A stretch of DNA of 64,000 nucleotides from an uncultured Acidobacteriota bacterium (GTDB taxonomy: Bacteria > Acidobacteriota > Terriglobia > Acidiferrales > UBA7541): positions 123,184-187,183 of the forward strand of contig CAVVZY010000011.1 in NCBI GenBank assembly GCA_963752925.1, read 5' to 3'. The notes under the pieces are model-generated. The model made no database searches and was not told the origin of the DNA. It saw only the letters and a list, made by a program, of their open reading frames with translations. The first letter of the stretch is position 1; each line of letters begins with the position of its first letter. Both the position numbers and the translations under genes were made by a program. Shown in pieces: positions 18,886-27,196 of the stretch.

Positions 18886-19893
18886 ATGGCTAGAGTCGTA
18901 CTCGGCATCGGTTCTTCGCACGGGCCGATGCTTTCCACGCCGCCCGACATGTGGCATTTGCGCGCGGGCGCGGACAAAAAGAATCCCAAGCACTTCTATC
19001 GTGGTCAAGCCTACGATTTTCCGGCACTTCTGGCGGCGCGCCAACCGGGTTTCGCCGCCGCCATTACTCCGGAGGAAAGCAAGAAGCGCTATGATCAGTG
19101 TCAACGCGCCCTCGACAAATTGGCCGCAAAATTCGCCGAGATCAAACCGGACGTTGTGGTAATTATCGGGAATGATCAGCGCGAAATGTTTACCGCCGAA
19201 AACACGCCCGCGTTCCTGGTGTACACGGGAAGCAAGATCGAAAATATTCCGGAGACGGAAGAGGCCAAGGCCAAGTTTCCTCCGGGGATTGCGGTCGCGG
19301 AGATTGGGCATTGTCCTCCGGGCGGCGCGGTCTACAGGGGCTCAGCCGAACTCGGCGTTCATCTGGTGACCTCGCTGATGGACCAGGAATTCGACGTTTC
19401 GGAATCGTCCAAGCTGCCGAAAGTCGATGGCCACGACCACGGCATCCCGCACGCCTTTGGTTTCCTCTATCGCCGCATCATGGTGGATAATCCGCCGCCC
19501 AGCGTTCCGGTGTTCCTGAATGCTGGCATTCCGAATAACCTGCCGAAGATCCCGCGGTGCCTCAAGTTCGGCCGCGCGTTGATGAAAGCCATCGAGAGCT
19601 GGAAGGAAGACGCCAAGGTGGCGGTGTTTGCCTCGGGAGGTCTCACGCACTTTGTGATTGATGAAGACCTCGACCAGCGCGTATTGAAGGCGATGCAGGC
19701 GGCTGACGAATCCGCGCTGGCGGCGATTCCGGAGAGCTTTTTGCTGGGCAATACCTGCGAGTTGCGCAACTGGATGCCCTTGTCCGTGGGCATGAATGCG
19801 CTGGGGAAGAAGATGAGCCTGGTGGACTACGTCGCATGTTACCGGACCGAGGCGGGCACCGGCAGCGCGATGGGATTCGTTTACTGGCAATAG
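18886..19893 (+). CDS. class III extradiol ring-cleavage dioxygenase (LigB family)
   Basis: ATG 7 nt after GGAGGA. MARVVLGIGSSHGPML..., VVVIIGNDQREMF, HDHGIPHAF, ASGGLTHFV. Confidence 0.8.
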   Translation: MARVVLGIGSSHGPMLSTPPDMWHLRAGADKKNPKHFYRGQAYDFPALLAARQPGFAAAITPEESKKRYDQCQRALDKLAAKFAEIKPDVVVIIGNDQREMFTAENTPAFLVYTGSKIENIPETEEAKAKFPPGIAVAEIGHCPPGGAVYRGSAELGVHLVTSLMDQEFDVSESSKLPKVDGHDHGIPHAFGFLYRRIMVDNPPPSVPVFLNAGIPNNLPKIPRCLKFGRALMKAIESWKEDAKVAVFASGGLTHFVIDEDLDQRVLKAMQAADESALAAIPESFLLGNTCELRNWMPLSVGMNALGKKMSLVDYVACYRTEAGTGSAMGFVYWQ

Positions 19894-19912
19894 GGATGCA
19901 GGGGGAGACGAG

Positions 19913-20584
19913 ATGAGCGCAGGCGCGGCGGTAGGCGATTTTGTTTCCCGGCTGAAGAAGCTGGATTGCTGCGCGGTTTCCGACGCGCTGGATAGGCTGC
20001 ACCTGAAGGGCGCCGTGACGGGCCTGACCGAGTTGGCTTCCTCGCGGCGCATCGCCGGTCGCGTCCTGACCGTGAAGCTCGGCGTGGGCGAGCCTCCCGC
20101 CGGAAAACCGCGCCACGTCAGCACCACCGCGATTGAAGCTGCCCAGCCCGGAGACATCATCGTGGTCGAGCAGCACAGCGGGGTGAACGCAGCCAGCTGG
20201 GGCGGCATTCTCACGCTCGGCGCGAAATTGCGCGGCGTTGCCGGCGTGATCGCCGATGGACCCGTCCGGGATATTGACGAAGCGCGCCAGCACGATTTTC
20301 CCGTGTTTGGAAGCGGCGTGACCACGTTTACCGCGCGCGGGCGAATCGTGGAGCTGGCCACCAACGAGCCGGTTAAGGTCGGCGTGATTGAAGTCAAACC
20401 GGGCGACTACGCGATCGCCGATGGCAGCGGCGTCGTTTTCATCTCCGCGGAAAACATCGAGCGTGTCCTGGCGTCGGCGGAGGAAATCTTCGCGCGCGAA
20501 GCGGCGATGGCCCAGGCACTGCGGGAAGGCAAACCCATCACCGAGGTGATGGGCGCCAACTACGAAGACATGCTGCGCAATTAG
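19913..20584 (+). CDS. RraA-family protein (LigK/GalC-like 4-carboxy-4-hydroxy-2-oxoadipate aldolase candidate), copy 1
   Basis: CCAVSDALDRL..., SWGGILTLGAKLRGVAGVIADGPVRDIDE..., PVFG. Confidence 0.8.
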   Translation: MSAGAAVGDFVSRLKKLDCCAVSDALDRLHLKGAVTGLTELASSRRIAGRVLTVKLGVGEPPAGKPRHVSTTAIEAAQPGDIIVVEQHSGVNAASWGGILTLGAKLRGVAGVIADGPVRDIDEARQHDFPVFGSGVTTFTARGRIVELATNEPVKVGVIEVKPGDYAIADGSGVVFISAENIERVLASAEEIFAREAAMAQALREGKPITEVMGANYEDMLRN

Positions 20585-20598
20585 ACGAGGACGATTCC

Positions 20599-21258
20599 TT
20601 GCCAACCCCAGACCCATCCGTCGAACGCGCAAGCAAACTCGACACCTCCACGATCAGCGACGCGCTCGACAGGCTCGGCATTGCCGGCCAATGCCTGAAC
20701 ATCAAGCCGCGTGACCCTCGTTTTCGGATGACGGGCCGCGCGTTCACGATGCTCTATCGCCCCGTCGGCAAGCCGGCCGGGACGGTCGGCGATTTCATCG
20801 ACGATGTCGCGCCGGGGTCCATCGTGGCGATTGATAACGGCGGGCGTGAGAACGCAACCGTGTGGGGCGACATTCTGACCGAGATCGCGCACCGCCGTGG
20901 AATCGCGGGCACGGTGATTGATGGCGCGTGCCGCGATACGGCACTTTGCCTCGAGCTCGGCTATCCAGTCTTCAGCAAGAGTTATTCCATGCGCACCGGA
21001 AAAGACCGCGTGCAGCTGGATGCGACAAACGTGGCGGTCAACATTGGCGACGCGCGCGTTGCGCCCGGCGACATCCTGCGCGGCGATGCGGACGGCGTGG
21101 TGGTGATTCCGCGGCAGCATGAGGCGGAAGTGCTGGCGACCGCTGAAGGAATTTCGACAGCCGAAGAAGCGATTCGAAACAGCGTGCGCGGAGGCAAGCG
21201 CCTGGATGAAGCGCGCAAGGAATTCGGCTACCACCATCTGCAAACGAAGCGATCCTGA
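20599..21258 (+). CDS. RraA-family protein, copy 2
   Basis: TTG start. TSTISDALDRLGI..., VWGDILTEIAHRRGIAGTVIDGACRD..., YPVFSK. Confidence 0.8.
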   Translation: MPTPDPSVERASKLDTSTISDALDRLGIAGQCLNIKPRDPRFRMTGRAFTMLYRPVGKPAGTVGDFIDDVAPGSIVAIDNGGRENATVWGDILTEIAHRRGIAGTVIDGACRDTALCLELGYPVFSKSYSMRTGKDRVQLDATNVAVNIGDARVAPGDILRGDADGVVVIPRQHEAEVLATAEGISTAEEAIRNSVRGGKRLDEARKEFGYHHLQTKRS

Positions 21259-21281
21259 TCGGAAATTACCGCTCGAAGAAA

Positions 21282-22013
21282 CTACTTCGCTCTCTCACTC
21301 TTGAACGACCAGCTCATCCCCCAGGAATAGAAGGATAGGACGATCAGGATTTCGAGCTGCAACCCGAAGACGATGTAGAGGATCGGCATGAACAGCACGG
21401 ATTTCTGCAATACGATGGCCTGCAGCAAGATTTGAACGGGGAGAAACAGCGAGAGATGGCCCATGGTGATTATTGTTAGGAAGGCCTTGCGGACGATGCC
21501 GAAATCGAAGATGTAGTAGGTCAGGCCGAACAGAATGGGAACGAATGAGATGATCCCGATCGCATATCCGGTGAGGCCTTCCATGTAGCTGTCGGGCGAA
21601 TGTGAAAAGCGCGCAGGCAGAAACAGAAAGAACAACTGCGCGGTGACCTGAATGAAAAGGACTCCGCGCAGAAGGTACATGACGGGCATCAGCTTCTTCG
21701 GGAAAAAGAAACTGGCTGCGAATACGACGATCACAACGGCGGTTGCGGACCACCACGTCCGCGCATCGGGAAGGATTCCCAGCATACGAGGATAGGGAAT
21801 CGCGAAGCGGATGTAGGGAGTGATCTGATGCTCGGTGAGTCCGAGCCCGGAGTCGATCGCGAGCATGCGCATTCCGGTCTCGAGCACGGTTTGCCAGAAA
21901 CGACAGAGCCAGGGCAGCGCGACGATCCACGCAAATGTCAGCACCAGGACCAGCAGGGCCGCGGTGACGAGATCGAGGGGCTCGAGAACAAACCGCGCGA
22001 GGGCACGGTGCAT
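21282..22013 (-). CDS. polytopic membrane protein, last gene of the EPS operon
   Basis: Track ORF 21282..22136. The ATG at 22013 (MHRALARFVLEPLDLVTAALLVLVL...) avoids overlap with the OMP gene. About 6-7 TM segments and no domain recognised. Confidence 0.55.
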   Translation of the reverse strand: MHRALARFVLEPLDLVTAALLVLVLTFAWIVALPWLCRFWQTVLETGMRMLAIDSGLGLTEHQITPYIRFAIPYPRMLGILPDARTWWSATAVVIVVFAASFFFPKKLMPVMYLLRGVLFIQVTAQLFFLFLPARFSHSPDSYMEGLTGYAIGIISFVPILFGLTYYIFDFGIVRKAFLTIITMGHLSLFLPVQILLQAIVLQKSVLFMPILYIVFGLQLEILIVLSFYSWGMSWSFKSERAK

Positions 22014-22101
22014 GGCGATGACCCCGCCACGATATCCGCGGAAGCGGCTGCGGTCCGCGAATCGCGGCGGCTGCTTCGCGGGTGCCGCAGGCGCAAGGCG
22101 G

Positions 22102-22962
22102 TCAAAACTCTTTGAAGAATCCAAAGCTTCCACCACCTCGCTGGTAAAATGGGCTGTGGTAATAGTCGGCCACGAAATTAAATCCCCAGTTCTTGCCCGC
22201 CCATTGGCGCCAGGTGATCGTAAGATTCTGGCTGAGAAACCGCGAAAGAACCGTGTTCGGCCCCACGATCTGATAGGCCTCTTCGCCGAAGCCCGCGTTG
22301 ACGGTGAGGTAGTGGTGCTTGTTGGTGCCTTCGGTGACCGCGACGAATCCAGCGGGCGAGAAGATAATGCCGGGATTGCTGACGTTGAACCGGATTCCGT
22401 CCTCGACGATCCACGGCTTCTTGGAAATAGTAGGTGGTGCCGAGGAAGACGCTCTGGTCGCGGTGCACGTCCTTGGCGGCGTAGTAGCCGTAGCCGAGCG
22501 TGGTGATGAGTTGCTTTCGCGAGAGCAATTTGTGGTTAACGAATGTATCGGCGCGGAAGCGCGGCCAGAAAAAGCCGCCGACGCTGGAGCCGAGCGTGAG
22601 CGAGGCGTACCAATCCGGGTTGAAGTTGTATGTGTCGCCGGCAGCCATGTAGACGCCGCCATCGCCGAACTCATGCTGCCCGTTGATTTCGCCGTTAAAG
22701 ATATTTTTCCCGGTGGTGAAGACGCCGCGAGCGTAGCCTCCGCTCCAATCGCCGAAGCCATTCGTGAGCTGGCGGTAGCTGCCGCCGACCTCGACGTAGT
22801 TGGTTAGAGTTTTGTCGGGCGCAGGCGCCGCGGGGACATTTGTGCCGGCTTGCTGCGGAGACGAAGCGGTTGCTGACTCCTCCTGGGCGTTCGCGCCGAG
22901 CGCGAGGAAGGAAGTCAGGATAAGACCGCCAGGATGTTTCGAAAAGTGCGGTCACGGGTCAT
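22102..22962 (-). pseudogene. outer-membrane beta-barrel protein, frame broken twice
   Basis: ATG at 22962 gives MTRDRTFRNILAVLS*. Shifting frame near 22921-22930 continues the signal peptide (...ILTSFLALGANAQEES), followed by beta-strand-like sequence. A second shift near 22420-25 (TTYYF/KKPWIVEDGIRFNV). The C-terminus ...GGGSFGFFKEF ends in Phe like an OMP. Confidence 0.6.
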
Positions 22963-24815
22963 TGGTTCAGCGGCCCTCGCTTGCACTTCCAGTTGAGTCC
23001 CTTCGCCTGCCACCACGAGCCAGCCCGCCGTCCTAAGCGCTGTACGCGTGGCGGTGCCGTGCACGAGGCCCGGCTCTCTGAACTTGTCCGCCGGAAAACG
23101 CCAGGTCTGGTGCGCCAGCGTTTTGGGATCGGCCGCTTCAAGAGAAGCCAGGCCATCCCGCTCGGTCAGCCGCCAGCGGACCTGCTTGCGCGAGTTCAAG
23201 AAGTTAGCCATCTGAGTCATTGTGTACCAGCGGAAGTCTCCCTTGTGCCTTGAGCTGCGCCGTGATTTCCAACCAGTTATGAACTTCCTGGCGGTAGGCA
23301 AGAATGCCGGGAGGGTGAAAGTAGGCTAGACGCACCTGCTGGTGGCCGACGACGAATTCGGTCAGCGCCTCGAGCCATTGCTGGATGACGGAGAAGGGAA
23401 CATCTTCGGCGCTGAGCTCCTCGAATGACGCAGCGCGGTCCAACTGAACTATGGGAAATGCCCAGATGTTTTTTCCGGTGCGCCGACCGCCGCGATAGTC
23501 TTGCGTGGGAGCCATTCCCGTGTCGCCCGTAAAGTAGTAGGCAAGGAAGCCGTGGTCGTCGAGCCAGTGAGTTACCCACACGGGCTGATCGCCATTGGGG
23601 GCGGAGTACTCGACGACCGGCTTCCCAGTAACTTTCTCGAGCGCTGCTTTGTTCAGCTCGAGATACTTCACCATGTCCTTCGGGGGATCGGTCTCGACGT
23701 GTGCGGCGAAGTAATTGTGAATCCAGCCGCCGTGGCTGCCGATCTCGTCGCCGCGAAGTGAATGAGTGCGAATCAGGTCTTGACTGACGGGATTGTGGAG
23801 GACATCGAAGCCTTTGCCGTCGCCGATCGCGTAGGTATCGGGCCCGGCGGTGATGTCTACGGAATACGGACCTTGCTGTACGATCGTCCAGGATTCGAGT
23901 TCCTGGAGCGACTTGATGGCGGCGTTGGAATCCACGTGCCAGTTGAGGACGAGGCCGCCGACTCCATCGGGAACGGCGAGCAAATACGGTAGCGACAGCG
24001 TGTGAGTGGCAAAATATTTCAGAAACGCGTGAAGCGGCAGGCCGTCGGTATTGAGCTTGAGATAGCCGAGAGGCAAATTCACGAACAGCACGGAGCCTTT
24101 TTGATAGGGATGCTGTCCGGCGACGACGCCCGCGAGCGAATGCAGCAGGACCTGGCCGGAGTAGTCGCCGGAGGTGACGAAGCTGGGATACGGCAGGCTG
24201 CCGTATTGGTATCGGCGGATTTGGGTTTCCACGGAAACTGAGGCGCCAGATTTGGCGGGCTTCGGCTGAACGAAGGGAAAATACTTCCCGGGCGGGACGC
24301 CGAGTTCGTCCATCACGGTGATGGCGCCGCTGACGTCGCCCGATTGAATCATGGACGAGCCGAGAGTCTTCGACAGGGCGTAATCAACGCCGGCGAGATC
24401 GGAGAGCCGGGAGCGATCACCGGGATAGAATCCCTCGAGAGATTCAGCCGCAGCGTCATAAACGAGCATCAGGTGGCCCGCCGGAGGCCACGTAGTCGTG
24501 AATGGCGCCGACGAACAGATCGCTGGCTTTGCCGTGAATCGAATCGGGCAAGATCACACCCGCGCAAGGCGGCCGCGGAAAAATCGAGCGAATGAAATTG
24601 GAATCGTGCATGGGGACAACGTGAAGGCCCTCTTCACTGCCCGCGTCGAGCCAGACGGTGACGCCGGAATTGGAAAAGCTTGTTCCGTCGGGGACGAGAA
24701 GAATAATGCGATCTGCCCGGGGACTGAACTGGTCGTAGGAATACCACGCAAAGAACGCGGCCAGAACGAGCAGAGCTACGGCGATGGAGACGAGAATGCG
24801 CCGGCGTTTCGTCAT
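22963..24815 (-). pseudogene. membrane-anchored polysaccharide deacetylase-like protein, frame broken at least twice
   Basis: MTKRRRILVSIAVALLVLAAFF (TM anchor) ...AIHDYVASGG, shift near 24476-82, then LMLVYDAAAESLEG...EIGSHGGWIHN...ITAQLKAQG, shift near 23236-45, then DFRWYTMTQMANFLNSRKQVRW... . The CE4-like assignment is tentative and the 3' end is undefined (no in-frame stop before the OMP start). Confidence 0.5.
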
Positions 24816-25897
24816 GGCGTGGGAACCACCCGTCCTTCGTTCCGGGCCCACAGGGTGCCGAAAACGAGAACGCCTTCTTCCAATTCGATGGTGGGGGCGG
24901 CCACGGTTGTGGGATTGACGGCAGAGCCGCAGTGCGTGCCAGACTCGATCACGATTCCGCGTTCGGCAAGCACCGGGCCGCCGATCCGGCAATCCGGGCC
25001 GACGTGCATGGTAGTGCCGGCGATGAGGCTGCCTTCCACGGACGCGCCAGAATCCATCGTCAGGTGGCCGTTGCTCTTCACGCTGCCGAGCACGCGCGCG
25101 CCGGCGCAGATATGAAGTTTTCCGCGCGTGACGACGCTACCGGAGACGATCTCGCCCGCGCGAATTTCGAGATCGCCGTCATGGAGAGTTCGGCTCGGCG
25201 GGGCTGGCGAAGGCGCGGCGCCCGAGTCGGCGCTGGTGAGCTGAGAAACGTACTGGCCGACCGTCGTGTCCGAGAACCCCGAGGAGATCACAGGCGCATT
25301 CACGCGCTGGAAGACGCAGCCGGATTGCAATTGGATTTCTTGATCGGCGGAGATGCGTCCGTAGAGGTCGCAATCATGCTCGGCGCGAAACCTCCGCACC
25401 GCGTGCGCCCAGCGGATGACCTTGCTGGCGCGCTGGAGATGAATGTTCTTTTCTCCCAGAATCGCGCGGAAGGTGTTGCGCTCACCTCCGGTCAAATCTC
25501 CAGCGGCGTAGATTTCCTTGGCGAAGGTCAAATCATCGGGAAGCGCAAGATCGGCGCCGGCGACAACAACGGATCGCCAGGTTGAATCCCTTCGAGTGGC
25601 CGGGACGAAGAATGATTCGTCCGGGTGTCCCAGCAGGACGTATTCGTCGCCATCGGGTAACGCGCCTGTGACCGTTGTGCCGGCCACGACGCACTCCTGC
25701 AACTGAGGCTGCAATTCGACGGCGATCCTGCGGAAGCCGTAGGCGAAATGACGTATGTCACCGCCATATTGCTGGATGACGTCGAGCGGCTGAGCGTCGC
25801 GCTTGAGGCGCAGCTCGATGATGGCGGGCAGCAACGGAATCGTGACCAAGAAGCCAGCCAGCATGATGAGAAACAAAGTGGCGAGTGCCGGGCTCAC
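24812..25897 (-). CDS. membrane-anchored bactofilin-like (polymer-forming cytoskeletal repeat) protein
   Basis: GTG start overlapping the GT2 stop (GTGA). N-terminal TM MSPALATLFLIMLAGFLVTIPLLPAII. C-terminal beta-helix-type repeats LEIRAGEIVSGSVVTRGKLHICAGARVLGSVKSNGHLTMDSGASVEGSLIAGTTMHVG. Intact frame. Confidence 0.65.
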   Translation of the reverse strand: MSPALATLFLIMLAGFLVTIPLLPAIIELRLKRDAQPLDVIQQYGGDIRHFAYGFRRIAVELQPQLQECVVAGTTVTGALPDGDEYVLLGHPDESFFVPATRRDSTWRSVVVAGADLALPDDLTFAKEIYAAGDLTGGERNTFRAILGEKNIHLQRASKVIRWAHAVRRFRAEHDCDLYGRISADQEIQLQSGCVFQRVNAPVISSGFSDTTVGQYVSQLTSADSGAAPSPAPPSRTLHDGDLEIRAGEIVSGSVVTRGKLHICAGARVLGSVKSNGHLTMDSGASVEGSLIAGTTMHVGPDCRIGGPVLAERGIVIESGTHCGSAVNPTTVAAPTIELEEGVLVFGTLWARNEGRVVPTP

Positions 25898-27196
25898 GGC
25901 GTCGTCCGGAAACGCTCGGTTTTGTCCCAGTGGAATTTCGCTCCGGTGATCGGAGCCAGCACCTGGGAAACGAAAGCGCGGGAAACCGAGAAGATACTCA
26001 CTCCAAATCCAAGAACGAGGAACGGCAGAAGGCAGATGCGCTTACGCGTGTAGTCCAGGCGAACCGCGGCGGCAATTTCAAAGAACGCGGCAAAGTTTCC
26101 CATGGCCGCATAGGCCGTGAACGCGAGCAACGCGATGACGCCATGAAGCGGGGCGATTCCTTGATAAAACACTCCCAAAGCCAGGAACCAGCCGAGGAGC
26201 GTTACCGGTGCCATGGCGTAGACGCCCAGGAGCAGAGTGCCGTCAATGCGTTCGCGAAAAGTTGCGCGATGCTTTCCGAATAGCAAGTGAAAGGCGTAGG
26301 CCGCCAGGGCCTGGTTGTGGCCCTTGGCCCAGCGCATGATCTGCTTGATGCGCACGGGCCACGTCTCCGGGACTTCTTCGTAGCACTCCGAACGATTCTG
26401 GTAGACCGTCTGCCAGCCGTTGAGGAGAAGGCGGTAGGTGAGGTCCGTGTCTTCCGTAAGGGAATTATCGTTCCAGCCGCCAATCTCGCGCAGGGCGCTG
26501 AGGCGAACTCCGGCGACCGTGCCGCCATGCTGAGGCACGAGATGGAGGTTCATGCGCGCCTGCTGATCCACCTGATATCCGCCCGGATCGCTCGAGATCG
26601 AGCAGTCGCGTGAGCAGATTGGTGCCCACGTTCAAGGGCACGACGCGGCCCATCACGCCGCCGACTTCGGGATCGAAGAAGGGCGCCACGAGCTGTTTGA
26701 TCAATCCGCTGCCGGGGATGTAGTCGGCGTCGAAGATGAGGATCACCTCAGTCTCGACCATTTCCATGGCGTCTTTTAGGGCGGCGGCCTTGCCCCCTTT
26801 CCCGCCGGTGCGGTGGAACGGGCGGATGCGGCCCGGATGTTTCTCGACAAAGCCGTCTATGATTTCGCGCGTGCGGTCGGTGGAGCGGTCGTTGACGGGA
26901 ACGACGAGCATCTTGTCTTGAGGATAATTGACGCTCATCAGGGCGGTCAAAATGTTCGCGACGACTTTTTCTTCATTGTGAGCGGCCACGAGGATCGTGA
27001 CCTGCGGCCAATTGGCTGTGTCGGTATCAATATAGGGGTGCCTTTGAAAGCCAAACAGCCGATTCAGCGTGAACGAGTAATGGCGCGCGGTGTAAATGGA
27101 GATGATGAAGACGATGCCGAAGAGACAGTAGACCATGGTGTGAAGTCGCCGGCTACGAACGAACCTTCTCGCGAGGCGCCGCGTCTGCGGCCTCAT
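25894..27196 (-). pseudogene. processive family-2 glycosyltransferase (PgaC/cellulose-synthase-like), one frameshift
   Basis: VTILVAAHNEE...IFDADYIP...LLDLERSG, +1 shift at 26578-86 (TCCGGGCGGATAT), then GYQVDQQARMNLHLVPQHGGTV...SLTEDTDLTY...IKQIMRWAKGH. DxD, TED and QxxRW motifs are all present, and C-terminal TM helices follow. Confidence 0.8.

Noticed and set aside
17713-19311. 532-aa minus-strand ORF
   Set aside because: Shadow of the MetE-like and LigB-like genes, with no recognisable domain.
19342-20632. Two long minus-strand ORFs (351 and 329 aa)
   Set aside because: They are antisense to the dioxygenase and RraA-like genes, which have clear family signatures.
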